DNA of 64,000 bases from Octopus sinensis (Eukaryota), in assembly GCF_006345805.1 (NCBI RefSeq), contig NC_043014.1, positions 40,114,001-40,178,000 on the forward strand, written 5' to 3'. Of this stretch, positions 25,708-38,245 are shown piece by piece; position 1 is the stretch's first letter; every line of letters starts with the position of its first letter. The position numbers and the translations under genes were made by a program. The notes under the pieces were generated by a model that had not been told where the DNA came from, searched no databases, and was given only the letters and a program-made list of their open reading frames with translations.

Positions 25708-27293
25708 ATATTATATCATGCTTGAGAAGAAGATCCATCAAACCGTGGAAAATTACAGTTGTGGCAGATATTGGTGTCACGCAAATTGGCACTCGTGCCA
25801 GTGGCACATAGACATACCCCAGTGTCATGCAAATGGCACCCATTACCCTCTCGGAGTGGTTGGCATTAGGAGAAGCATCCACCTGTAGAAAACCATGCCA
25901 AATCAGACTGGAGTCTGCTGCAGCCTTCCAGCATGCCAGCCCAGTCAAACTGTCCAGCCCATGCCAGCATGGACAACAGACATTAAATGATGTTGATGAT
26001 TATATATATATATATATATATATATGTACGTATGTATTTATGTATATATTTATATATATGTGTGTGTGTGTATATATATATATATATGTATTTATGTATA
26101 TATATATGTATATATATATATACATTTTTATAAATAAGGATAAGATTGTTAATTTAAATATTGGAATAAAAACCTTCAAAGGGAATAATTATTATTAAAA
26201 TTATAATTTAGGCCATCTAAGAGATACCACCATGCTGGAAATAGCAGCCAAAACTTAACTCTAAAACCACATTAGATGTTCATAAAGCACCAGGAGAGAA
26301 GACAAAAGGATAAAATAAACTAGCAAAAAATTACTGGTTTTAGAGTCAAGTTTTGGCTGTTATTTCCAGCTTGGTGGTATCTCTTAGATACCCTAAATTA
26401 TAATTTGCGCAGGAGTGGCTGTGTGGTAAGTAGCTTGCTAACCAACCACATGGTTCAGGGTTCAGTCCCACTGCGTGGCATCTTGGGCAACTGTCTTCTG
26501 CTATAGCCCCGGGCCGACCAATGCCTTGTGAGTGGATTTGGTAGACGGAAACTGAAAGAAGCCTGTCGTATATATGTATATATATATATATATGTGTGTG
26601 TATGTGTTTGTCCCCCCAACATCGCTTGACAACCGATGCTGGTGTGTTTACGTCCCCGTCACTTAGCGGTTTGGCAAAAAGAGACCGATAGAATAAGTAC
26701 TAGGCTTACAAAGAATAAGTCCTGGGGGCGATTTGCTTGACTAAAGGCAGTGCTCCAGCATGGCCGCAGTCAAATGACTGAAACAAGTAAAAGAGTAAAT
26801 ATATATATATCCATAAATACATACGTACGTACATACATACATATATCTGTTTGAACTGAAAAGATTCAACGTGTGAGTCTAATCTACGTGTGTCTGTTTC
26901 TTGGTTCTTTCCTTTGTTATCTCCATTCCTCTTTTTTATGTCTCTCTCTCTCCTAGACTTCTCTCTAATATCCTACAAAGGACTACATCCAAAATGTTGT
27001 ACTTTTACACTATAACCTTTATTCCTTCCTTTAGTGTCACTCTAATAATAGTAACTGTGAAAACTCTTTGTACTTTTGTATTTTGCTTGTTTTAGCCTGA
27101 AAGATTGTACACGGCATGTTTTATAAATATGCCTGTTTAAGTATCATAAAAGCAAACTATAAGTAGTTCGTTTGGTTGTGCATTTAAATTGATATATAAA
27201 TATATATTTATATGCATATATATATATATATACACACACACATGAATATATATATATACATACACACATGCACATATATACATACGCACATGC

Positions 27294-27333
<40 letters not shown>

Positions 27334-27401
27334 GTTATATGTGTGTGTGCATGTGTGTGTATGTGTGGTGTGTGTGGTGTGTGTGTGTGTGTGTCTATAT
27401 A

Positions 27402-28659
27402 CAGGGGTTGGACAAAATAATGGAAACACCTTGCATCATAGTATTATAATTTTGAAATATCTATAAAACCATCAAAATTTTGCCTATCTTTATGTTTTTT
27501 GATTTAATATGTTTTGCTAAAATTGCTGCTGCTTTTCAGATATCATGAAAAAAAGGTAATTAAAATTCATTAAAATGACAAATCTGGAGGACTTTCAAAG
27601 AGATCAGATTGTTGGTGCTCGTATGGCAGGTGCTAGCATAATGAAAACAACTGAAATGTTTGGTGTATCAAGAAATACTCTCTTGAAAGTAATGACAGCC
27701 TTTGAGAAAGAGGGAAAAACCTCCCCGTTGGAACAAAACTCCGGAAGAATACCAAAATTTTCAGATAGGGACCGTTGAACTCTTACACAAATTGTTAGAA
27801 AGGATCACAAAAGTACAGCTCCCAAAAAATTAGTGCAGAGCTTAATGGCCACCTCAAGAACCCAGTTTCCACAAAAGCTGTTTGCCAGGAGCTGCACAAA
27901 GCTGGATTTCACGGGAGGGCTGCAATTAGAAAACCACTACTTTCAAAAACAAACATTGCAAAGCATTTAGTGTGGAGTAAAAACCTACAGAATTGGTCCC
28001 TAGAGCAGTGGAAGAATGTTATTTTCTTGGATGAGTCATCCTTTACGCTATTTCCAACCACTGGCTGGGTATATGTGTGGAGACAGCCAAAAGAAGCATT
28101 TGACCCAAACTGCCTTCTTCCAGCTGTTAAACATGGAGGAGGATCTGTGATGATCTGGGGGTGCTATACCTTGGAAATCTGCCGGCCCAATGGTTTCCCT
28201 TCATGGCAGAATTAATAGTCGAGACTGTTTAAGCATTTTGTCTGATCAAATTCATCCTGTGGTTTGGAACTGTTTCTGGAGGGAAACACAATCTTTCAGG
28301 ATGATAATGCACCAATTTACACAGCTAAAGTTATTACTGAATGGCACGAGGAACATTCTAGTGAAGTTGAACATCTTATCTGGCCACCACAGTCCCCAGA
28401 TCTCAATATTATTTAACATTTATGGTGCATTTTAGAAAAACAAGTAAGGAGTCGATATCCTCCACCATCATCACTACAAGAACTGGAGACTATTTTAGCT
28501 GAAGAATGGACAAAAATTCCTTTGGAAACAATTCAAACTTTGTACGAGTCCATACCTCATAGAATTCAAGCTGTAATTACTGCTAAAAGTGGTCCTACCC
28601 CATATTAAAATAAATTTGTTTGAAATTTTAAGGTGTTTCCATATTTTGTCCAACCCCTG
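27402..28659 (+). mobile_element. Full-length Tc1-family DNA transposon (~1.26 kb), inactive
   Basis: TIRs CAGGGGTTGGACAAAATAATGGAAACACCT / AGGTGTTTCCATATTTTGTCCAACCCCTG, TA on both sides, internal transposase remnants. Confidence 0.95.
27575..28608 (+). pseudogene. Disrupted Tc1 (DD34E-type) transposase
   Basis: MTNLEDFQRDQIVGARMAGAS... HTH region, DESSF, QDDNAP, WPPQSPDLNII*HLW with TAA at 28414-28416 in place of the catalytic E. Further stops and frameshifts are present. Confidence 0.9.
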
Positions 28660-29739
28660 TATATATAAGCAGGATATTTTACATATTGCTACCTGTAAGA
28701 AAGAGAGAACTCAGTATATTTGATGAGCAAAAATTTATTGGGGAAATGAAGGGTCTAGTGACTCACTGTGGTCAGCAGATTCATTCCAAGTGGATTACAT
28801 GAGTGAAAATAGAAGCAAATAGAAATCCTCTCCCTCTATTTATTATAGTTCTCCATCATCATCATCATCATTGTTCGACCGTGGTCGAGACATTCATAGT
28901 CTTTTCAAATGGCTAATAATGTGTGCACGCGCCACTACTACACACATTGGAAAGCATTGTACAACCAAGCACTAAAGAAGATCTTTCCTCCTCCATGAAA
29001 CAAAGCTGTTCCCGCTGGACGTCAACCCAGTATTTCTAAGCTACGGACTGAGTGATTTATTGTAAGGTTATCTCCCTAGGTAGATTGCCTTCACTACGGC
29101 TAAGGAGCCCTTTCCATGATAGAGGAGTTTAAGACCAGCAGGCTATGGGAATTTCTATATACTGAAGATAATCTTCTGCAGTTTCTACAGTGTAAGAGGA
29201 GAAATTCTAGATGTAGAAACAAAATCTAGAATCCTGATACCTCAGAGTAAACTTTGTAAAGTTTAAAATTTTAGTGAAAAATGTAAGAAGACCAGATGTT
29301 GCTGTCATCAGAGAAATGGTTGTTCTTGGTGTGCAGAAAATTAGTATGTAGGAATTCTATGCAGTGTACTTGATGTGATTAATGGTGCCAGAGCAGCCAA
29401 CTGGCTTCTGTGCCAGTGGCACATAAAAGGGCACCATTCGAGCGTGATCGTTACCAACGTCGCCTTACTGGCACCTGTGCTGGTGGCATTTGTAAAAGGA
29501 TTCGAGCGAGGTCGTTGCCAGTACTACCTGACTGGCCTCCGTGCTGGTGGCACGTAAAAAGCACCCACTACACTCTCGGAGTGGTTGACATTAGGAAGGG
29601 CATCCAGCTGTAGAAACATTGCCAGATAAGACTGGAGCCTGGTGCAGCCTCCTGGTTTCCCAGACCCCGGTCGGACCGTCCAACCCATGCTAGCATGGAA
29701 AGCGGACGTTAAACGACGACGATGATGATGATGATAAAA

Positions 29740-30250
29740 GAGTGTATTAGAATTAAAGGTGAGCTGATAATAGGTAAATGTTTTACATGTGGCAGAAGCT
29801 CAGGAGTACTTTGCAGTAAGAACACAAGAAAAATAAATCACTACCAATACTCAGAAGGCTCTATAGAAGTTGCTGATAAGTTCTGTTACCCAGGTGACCA
29901 AACAAACAGTGGAGGAGGATGCTCTGAATGCACTTTAACCAAAATTAGGATAGGGTGGAAAAAGTTTTGGGTGTTATTACCTCAGCTAATAACACAAGAT
30001 TCTCAAAGCTTTCTTCCATAATATTCAGGCATTTTAAATTTTCATACAAAATTGAAAGACACCTTCAGAATTAAAATTGTTTGTGCAGAAACCTTACAAA
30101 ATTCTTACATTCTCTTGGTTTCTTGCCAACAATAAAGTGATGGGTAGATTGTATGATACTTGTGTATGAATTGTAATGCTGTATGGCAGTGAGATGTGGA
30201 CTTTAAGTGTAGAGGATGTGTAAGATTGGAAAGAAATGAAGCAAGCATAT
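29740..30250 (+). mobile_element. RTE-clade LINE fragment
   Basis: SIEVADKFCYPGDQTNSGGGCSECTLTKIRIGWKKF and downstream YGSEMW-like remnants. Confidence 0.7.
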
Positions 30251-30506
30251 TCTGCTAGATTCTCCTTTGGACATTTACCCTCTGGCTACACCTCTCCTAC
30301 CTATAGATCACTGTGGACTCTACTCTTGATGAGAAATCCTTGCAATACAACGCAACGTCAAAAAACCTTTGAACTTTACATAAAACTGTTACTATTATCA
30401 TTACTTTATTTTTATACTTTCTAAACTTTCCTGTATTTTCTGGTCTTCCCTTTTGTCGTCTCTTCCTTCTCTGGATGTCCTTTCTCTCCTCGTTTTTTCT
30501 ATGTCC

Positions 30507-30542
30507 CTTTCTGTAGAAGAGCGTAGGCTCGAAACGTAAAAG
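30507..30542 (+). ncRNA. Minimal hammerhead-like motif, mutated core
   Basis: CUUU CUGUAGA A GAGC guag GCUC GAAA CG UA AAAG. A6 is replaced by U. Lies in a Penelope-like tail (~30300-30640). Confidence 0.45.
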
Positions 30543-30631
30543 ACTTTTTCTATTCCTGAGCGTTATACTAATACATCTGTTTGTTTTGTACACCACCTGT
30601 CTTTGTCTTTTGTTTTTTTCGTAAACTCTCC

Positions 30632-30666
<35 letters not shown>

Positions 30667-30825
30667 AATAGATGAGTGTATTTTTACCTTGTTAACAATT
30701 AACACGGAAAAATAAATAAATAGTTACCAGGGCAGCAAAAATCTCACAATAGTATCAGTGGAATTTTCGAAACATGTGTCGAAAGTAAAAATATTTGATT
30801 ACACCTGCGTTAACTCCATTTTTTA

Positions 30826-30866
<41 letters not shown>

Positions 30867-32028
30867 GACATTGTTTCACTGGTTGCAAAATCCCTAACTA
30901 GGATGAAACCATTGGCCACTGCAAGGCACTTTGTACTCCCATAAAATAATACATACACATAACACACACACACACACATACAAAAGCTGATAAACATACT
31001 GTCCAGCTCTCGAATCTCTAGTATCAAAAGGCTAAATGAACATTGGCTGTGTGGTAAGTAGCTTGCTTACCAACCACATTGTCCCGGGTTCAGTCCAAAT
31101 GCATGGCACCTTTGGCAAGTGTCTTCTACTATAGCCTCGGGCTGTCCAAAGCCTTGTGAGTGGATTTGGTAGATGGAAACTGAAAGAAGCTCGTCGTATA
31201 TATGTATATGTATGTGTGTTTGTGTGTCTGTGTTTGTCCCTCTCCCCAACATCGCTTGACAACCGACGCTGGTGTGTTTACGTCCTTGTAACTTAGCGGT
31301 TCAGCAGAAGAGACTGATGGAATAAGTACTAGGCTTACAAAGAATAAGTCCTGGGCTTGATTCCCTCGACTAAAGGCAGTACTTCAGCATGGCCATAGTC
31401 AAATGACTGAAACAAGTAAAAGAGTAAAAGTGTAAAGAGTAAATATTCTTATGGTTTGGGTAGGAAGATAGAATAAGAGGCAAGACAAATTTGGTATCCT
31501 GTATTTAGTAGAGACTCCCCCAAAACTCTATAGAGCATGCATACATTTGCAATATGATGTAATATCTAATCACTGATTTCTTTTGCCTCCATACAAAATC
31601 ACACATATTACATATATACAAAACATTAACGAGTACACAGACATATCAAAAGTAAATAGACACCATCATTTCGGTATGGTTTATTTCTGGAAACAAAATA
31701 AAGTCATTTGATGCATTTAAATATTTATATTTAATCTGGTATTTAGTAAGCATGCCTTGTGCAGCTGTTAATGATTTAACCCGTTTGAGCATCGTACTAA
31801 TAGGTAGATAAAGCAGTTTAATAAAGAGTGTCTATTTACTTTTGGGTGTATAGGGTATTGTAGCCAGTTTCTGTCAAACAGTAATATTGATTTGGAGGGA
31901 AGACCTATTAAAGCTTATATATAATTTCTGAAGACCTAATACAGCTTATATATACTTTCTGAAAGCAATATGATTAGGTTTACGTAAACTTGCACCCTTG
32001 TCAAGGGACCAGTTCTGTGTGGGGTTAG

Positions 32029-32539
32029 TTAGTACAGAGGCCAAGAATCATCTGCAAAGAAATGCTGAGAATTTGAATTGTGTTTGGCATTCTTATATTT
32101 ATATTTCCGAGCGTAATCCTCTCTCTGGAAGGGTCTGTTTAAATTAGAAAGGCTTCGGGATTGGTAAATACGACCTGGGAACTTTGTCATCGGACTGCCC
32201 AAGTGGGGATCGTAATAGGAGTAAGAATTACTGAGATGCATATCATCAAAGTGGCTTGAAACAGCTCTCAAGTAATTGGCATTTGGTGATGCTCGAGGAA
32301 TATTCGCAGAAATAGGGCGGAAGCTTCTGCTTGGACTTGATAGGTCAGATCGTGATGTCGTTGTGGATTTGTGATACCACATATGAGGTTGAGATGAGCT
32401 TAAATGCTTCATCATCTTTGGTGATCTAGGGTAGTTGTGGCCATAAGCACCATAATCACTGCCAGAGTATGATGGATAGAGATGTTCCGAACTGTAGGTT
32501 CTGCTCATATGGAAAGGTCTGTCATGATGAAAGTCCATA
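32029..32539 (-). CDS. Exon 6 (terminal) of PDZ gene: Ser/His/Tyr/Pro-rich tail
   Basis: Acceptor tttttttacttttag|T then ATG. Phase 2 matches exon 5. Continues as the 169-aa ORF 32029..32538 ending FFADDSWPLY*. Possible AATAAA on the minus strand at 31680-31685. Confidence 0.8.
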
Positions 32540-32598
32540 CTAAAAGTAAAAAAATGTAAAACAAATTTAGATATTAGAAATATTACATTCCTAAATCT

Positions 32599-33232
32599 GG
32601 ATCTTTTCTTTTTGAACGGCAGATGTCAACACAATTTCTAGTTAACTAAACACTTTTAAACTTCATATACTGGTAGAATGTGTTTATAAAACATCATTTT
32701 CTCTTGGTTTTATTGAGAAAATTCTATAGTTTGTAAGATATTTCGTCCGAGCATTTCGGCAATTTTAACCAATCGATTACCTCCATTCAACTAAAATCAT
32801 TTGCTGCGTCTAAAACTGAGACAACATCCTGTAACTATCCCTAAACCGCCCCCCTAACCCTAGCTCTAAATTTTTTTTTCTTAATTGTTAAATTAATTCA
32901 ATTCCATTGCTTTAGTTTTTTTTTACATGCGTAACAATTAAATTAATTTAACAATTAAGAAAAAAAAATTTAGGGTTAGGGTTAGGGGGGAGGTTGAGGG
33001 TTAGTTACAGGATGTTGTCTCAGTTTTAGACGCAGCAAATGATTTTAGCTCAAAAGAGAACAAAGGATTGGTTAAAATTCGAAAAATTAAACTACGTTAA
33101 ACAAACAAATTACAATTTTCTCAAGAAAGCCAAGAGAAAAAAATGTTTTATTTTGACACATTCTACCAGTATACGAAGTTTTAAAGTGTTTAGTTAACTA
33201 GAAATTGTCTGCCGTTCAAAAGGAAAAGATCC
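32599..33232. mobile_element. Foldback MITE, GGATC...GATCC termini, 8-bp TSD (CTAAATCT), internal CCCTAA/TTAGGG tracts; Merlin-like by inference
   Basis: Near full-length inverted arms. TSD at 32591-32598 and 33233-33240. Confidence 0.85.
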
Positions 33233-33954
33233 CTAAATCTCTCAAAGAGATTTATACAGCAGCAGCACGATAAAGAGATGGTTTGTTACCAACTTAATGT
33301 GGCAGTCCCAGGAAAGGGAAAAATGGTACCACTATTTAGCTTGTGTCACATGGCCAGCTGGAAACGGTGTTTCCTGGGGCTAAATAGCAGTATCATTTTT
33401 CCCCTTCCTGGGACTGCCACATTAAGTTGGCAACAAACCACCAAATTTTATATATAATGGAAATATTTTATAATTTAGTAGATTGCATGCAAGCATCCCA
33501 CCCCACCCCACCCACATAAGTAACAGGCTTGGTTGTGGGGTTAAGGAGTTTGCTTCCCAAACTACATGGTTTTGGGTTCAATCCCACCGCCTAACATCAT
33601 GAGCGAATATCTTCTATGATAGCCCAAAGCTGATCAAAGCCTTGTGAATATTTGGTATATGGAAACTGAGATATGCTTATCATATACACACGTACCATTG
33701 TGTCACTACATCAACTAGACTATGGGGTGTTGTTAAACACTGCTGGTCACAGTGCACTTTGAATGATGCCATCCTGCTAGCTAGGGAGACAGGCCAGGAT
33801 TCCCTCTGAATGGGAAATCAGTCTGTTGCAGGGGTATTTGTTTACAGCTGAGTGAACTGGAGTAATATGAAATAAAAGAGTTTTGCTCAAGAACACATAT
33901 GCACCACTAGTCTGGGAATTGAAACCACAATCTTGTGATCATGAGTGGAGTCCA

Positions 33955-34412
33955 CACACACACACACACACATGTATGTATGTATGTTTGTACGTATGTA
34001 TGCATGTACGTATGTATGTATGTATGTATGTATGTATGTATGTAGTATGCATGTATGTATGCATGTATGTATGTATGTACGTATGTATGCATGTTTGTAT
34101 GTACGTATGTACGTATGTATGTATGTATGTATGCATGCATGTATGTATGTATGTATGTACGTATGTATGCATGTACGTATGTATGCATGTACGTATGTAT
34201 GTATGTATGTAGGTATGTATGTACGTATGTATGTATGTACGTATGCATGTATGTACGTATGCATGTATGTATGTATGTATGTATGTACGTATGTATGCAT
34301 GTATGTATGTACGTACGTACATACGTATTTATATATGTATGTACGTATGTATGCATGCATGTATGTATGAATGTGTGTATGAATGTACGTATGAATGTAT
34401 GTGTATATGTAT
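33955..34412. repeat. (TATG)n/(TACG) tetranucleotide microsatellite
   Basis: Direct reading. Confidence 0.95.
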
Positions 34413-34859
34413 GTGGTGCTGCCATGTGATAATTGTAAATGAGTGTCACTATCATGCTAGAAGTATCATTTATTTCCCATAGTTTGTGAAAACATGTCTG
34501 ACTATGGGGAAATATTACCTTGCTCAAAAACAAGTTTGGATTAGTGTCAAGAATATGTATACCCATCAAGCCAAGCAAAATCGCAGTTGTGGCAGATATT
34601 GGTGGCACGTAAAAGCACCCATTACGCTCTCAGAGTGGTTGGCGTTAGGAAGGGCATCCAGCTGTAGAAACTCTGCCAGAACAGATTGGAGCAGCCTTCC
34701 AGTGTGCCAGCCAGCCCAGTTAAACCGTCCAACCCACGCCAGCATGGACAATGGACATTAAAGGATGATGATGCTGATTATATATATATAAAAGAATTTT
34801 TTGCATAATGAGATAAAAAAACCAAGGCTGTATAGATATTAGAGCATTTATAGATAGAA

Positions 34860-34913
34860 GGTCTTACAGCTGTTTCTAGGATATTTGTTAATTATATCCC
34901 TTCATCAGAGACG
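34860..34913 (-). ncRNA. Minimal type-I hammerhead ribozyme motif (Penelope-associated)
   Basis: Minus strand reads cGUCU CUGAUGA ag GGAUAU aauuaacaa AUAUCC ua GAAA C agcu G UA AGAC. Intact core boxes, stem I GUCU/AGAC, stem II, palindromic stem III, GUA cleavage triplet. Confidence 0.65.
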
Positions 34914-34982
34914 GTATGAGAGGAAAAAATAAGTCATAGTTAGTTTTGATGTGATACAAATAGAGAGTGACGTGGAGGAACG

Positions 34983-35030
<48 letters not shown>

Positions 35031-35435
35031 CTCGTTTCTACTGGAGCAATGCGAAATAAAGTGTCTTGCTCAAGAACACACCACGCAACCTGTTCTGGAA
35101 ACCAAACTCACAACATCGTGATTGTAAGCCTGACACTCTAAGACCAGGTTGAGTAGTGTGTTCTTGAGCAAGACACTTTATTTCACATTGCTCCAGTAGA
35201 AACGAGTTATATATATATATATATACATATATATGTGTGTGTGTGTGTTTGTCTTCCACACCACTTGACAACTGGTGTTGGTTAGTTTACACCCCCAATA
35301 ACTTTGAATAAGTACCAAATACTAAATATTAAGTACAGAGGTTGATTTATTTGACGAAACTCATCAAGGTAGTGCTCCAGCATGGCCACAGACCAGCGAC
35401 TGAAACAAGTAAGATATAAAAGATAAAACAGATAC

Positions 35436-35572
35436 CTAGATCTCGTCGATGAAAATGCCAGGTCATCACCGTTACGATGAGACCTTGTTAACGTGAGTTT
35501 CACTTTCTTAGAAGATGTCATAAGAGATATGATTTGCTTCTCCGTCAGTAAACTAACATCAATACCATCAAT
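35436..35572 (-). CDS. Exon 5 of PDZ gene: end of PDZ2
   Basis: Acceptor ttttttatttcattcacag|, reads IDGIDVSLLTEKQIISLMTSSKKVKLTLTRSHRNGDDLAFSSTRS, donor AG|GTATCT. 137 nt, phase 0 in, phase 2 out. Confidence 0.85.
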
Positions 35573-35671
35573 CTGTGAATGAAATAAAAAAGAAATTGAT
35601 AAAAGAAAGCATTGATAACATAGAGCATTGTTCTAGCAATAAATAAAGAATACTTAATAAGGCAACATATA

Positions 35672-35835
35672 TAGGCAGAGGAGTGGCTGTGTGGTAAGTA
35701 GCTTGCTTACCAACCACATGGTTCCAGGTTCAGTCCCACTGCGTGGCACCTTGGGCAAGTGTCTTCTTCTATAGCCTCGGGCCGACCAAAGCCTTGTGAG
35801 TGGATTTGGTAGATGGAAACTGAAAGAAGCCCGTC

Positions 35836-35924
<89 letters not shown>

Positions 35925-36118
35925 TGTGTTTGTCCCCCCCAACATCACTTGTCAACCGATGCTGGTGTGTTTACGTACCCCGTAACTTAGTGGTTCGGCA
36001 TAAAGAGACCGATAGAATAAGTACTAGGCTTACAAAGAATAAGTCCTGGGGTCGATTTGCTCGACTAAAGGCGGTGCTCCAGCATGACCACAGTCACATG
36101 ACTGAAACAAGTAAAAGA
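35672..36118 (+). mobile_element. SINE family A copy in intron 4 of the PDZ gene
   Basis: Full head, microsatellite and tail. Confidence 0.85.
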
Positions 36119-36119
36119 G

Positions 36120-36392
36120 GAAGGCCTGCAGCATCAATATTAGCAACTGGGAAGCAGTTGCCAGCAACCATGGAGATTGGCGACATACCGTAAAAGAGGG
36201 AACACAAAGGAGTGACAGAGAGAGAGAGAGAGAGAGGAGAAATGGAAAGACAAGAAAAGACGTCAACAAGAGACTATGGCATTACAACCAGCCAGGCAAA
36301 GTCTTCGCTACATTTGCGGCACTTGCCAGAAGGAGTGTTTGTCCAGGATAGGACTACACAGCCACAGCAGGAGATGTATTAGGACATGAAAT
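36120..36392 (+). mobile_element. RTE/BovB-like LINE C-terminal fragment
   Basis: WEAVASNHGDWRHTVKEG...CGTCQKECLSRIGLHSHSRRC zinc-knuckle-like end. Confidence 0.65.
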
Positions 36393-36735
36393 GTATTGAA
36401 AGCGGCGAGCTGGCAGAAACTTTAGCAAACAGGGTGAAATGCTGAGCGGTATTTCTGAGTTCAAATTCCGCCGAGGTCGACTTTGCCTTTCATCCTTTCG
36501 GGGTCAATTAAATAAGTACCAGTTATGCACTGGAGGCGATATGATCGACTTAATCCGTTTGTCTGTCCTTGTTTGTCCTCTCTGTGTTTAACCCCTTGTG
36601 GGTAGTAACGAAATAGAAATGTAAAAGCCAGACTAGATTATTTTATGCGCAACTCCATTGTCTCCTGAGACAAAAAGGATGCCAACAACAACAACAAAAT
36701 CAACGACAATGAATATAGAACTGTATAAAACATAC

Positions 36736-36832
36736 CTTTAGAATATGGTCCCCGACATTCAAACCGGCACTGCTGGCAGGAGAATTAGCCATTACTTTTT
36801 TAACAATAACTTCATTTGCTGAGAATCCATCC
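36736..36832 (-). CDS. Exon 4 of PDZ gene: PDZ2 core
   Basis: Strong polypyrimidine acceptor ctctttattctttaatag|, reads (R)DGFSANEVIVKKVMANSPASSAGLNVGDHILK, donor AAG|GTATGT. 97 nt, phase 2 in, phase 0 out. Confidence 0.85.
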
Positions 36833-37037
36833 CTATTAAAGAATAAAGAGTCAAGATGGAGAGAGAACTTTTTAAGAGGGTCATTCGTGGACCGAAGGAA
36901 TATGCAATGTGAAATAAATTTAAAGGGATTTGTTGTGTTAGGCTGGAACAATGTAAGAATGTACAAAGTAAATTACTAAAAGGAAAAGGGGAAAACAAAT
37001 AAAAACAAAAACAATGTTGCAGGTTTACCTTGTATTT

Positions 37038-37560
37038 TTTATATTTCAGGGTCATGGCTCTTTCATCAGGGCATTTGAAAAAAGGGGCAGTTGCAAAAAG
37101 TCGTTACTCAGATGTGAGGGGGAGTAAGGAGTAAGGGGGAGGGAGAAGTAAGGGAAATGGAGGAGGAGTAAGGGAGAAGGAAGAGTAAGGTGATGAGGGG
37201 TAAGGGGGAGGGAGGAGTAATTGCGAGGGAGAAGTAAAGGGTGGGAGGAGTGAGGGAGAGTAGTAAGGGAAAGGGAAGTGTAAGGGAAGGAGGAATACGG
37301 GGGAGAGAAGAATAAGGGGAGGGAGAAGTAAGGGGGAATGAAGAGGAAGGTGACATTTGCAGACTGGTGTTGCTATGGCAACTAGTCTGTTTCTTTTAGT
37401 TCCTTCCTGTTGTTAATAGCAGGTTTCAATGTTTATAAGGAAGGCCTCCATGATTCTGAGATTTCCCCTGTTGCATTGGGTGGCCCCGATGGAAACCTAA
37501 AAATTCTGAGTTTGGCACTTCTTTAAGTGTCCACATGCAGGTGTTCTTTTATACAAATGT
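37038..37560 (-). mobile_element. Penelope-like element 3' remnant (GIY-YIG C-terminus, polypyrimidine tract, degenerate hammerhead)
   Basis: Minus strand gives LRIMEAFLI / LKPAINNRKE (frameshifted), typical of the end of the PLE endonuclease. Purine tract on + at 37108-37352. CUGAUGA...GACCCU GAAAUAUA at 37038-37075. Confidence 0.55.
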
Positions 37561-37699
37561 GCAATTTCCTGCTGGTAATCCTTATGTAGGATGCCCCATA
37601 TTTAATACAGACTACTTTGTATACTAGTGGAGGCACATGGCCTAGTGGTTAGAGCAGCAGACTCGCTAGATCTGCACTGCACACACATAGTAAATGGCA

Positions 37700-38245
37700 A
37701 ATTCATTATAATAATAATAATAATAATGAAATTATTGTATACAGTGCACCACAACTTGTCAGAGTATATGCAGTAATGTACAAATGTCTGGAAAGCGAAC
37801 AATGCATGAGTCAGATACATGCTTGTGTGTGTATGGAGGGGAGAAAATCAGGTGTAGTGTTGGCGAATCTCAGGAAGCATGGAAGTTTTGAAGGATGCAG
37901 TGCTCCGACAACTAACAACTGATGCTGGCAGTTTGTTCCATGCTTCAGAAACTCTCAGCGCGAAAAAATGTTTCCTGAAGTCATGCGAGCTGTGCTGTTT
38001 TCTGACTTTGTAAATATGTCCACGGGTGTTAGATGGGTGGAGTTTAAAAAGGTGCTCAGAGTTATTGTTGGTACGATGGTTAATAATTTTATGGGTGTCT
38101 GCCAAGTCAGCTGCCAGACGTCAGAGTTTCAATGTGTCCATGCCCAGGGAAGTAAGGCGTTCAGAATATGGCAAATGCCTGATGGAGGGTATTCTCTTGG
38201 TTGCACGTTGCTGAACGGCTTCCAAACGATTAATATCCTGGGCAA
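37700..38245 (-). mobile_element. CR1/L2-type LINE 3' fragment
   Basis: Same family as 1675-2225. Confidence 0.85.

Noticed and set aside
32820-33010. True telomere or chromosome-fusion scar from CCCTAA/TTAGGG tracts
   Set aside because: Tracts are 2-5 units long and always occupy the same position inside TSD-bounded MITEs.
36700-36966. Using the whole 88-aa ORF, or the upstream ttccag acceptor, as the PDZ exon
   Set aside because: Only the acceptor at 36833 matches the phase-2 end of exon 3 and restores a continuous PDZ fold.
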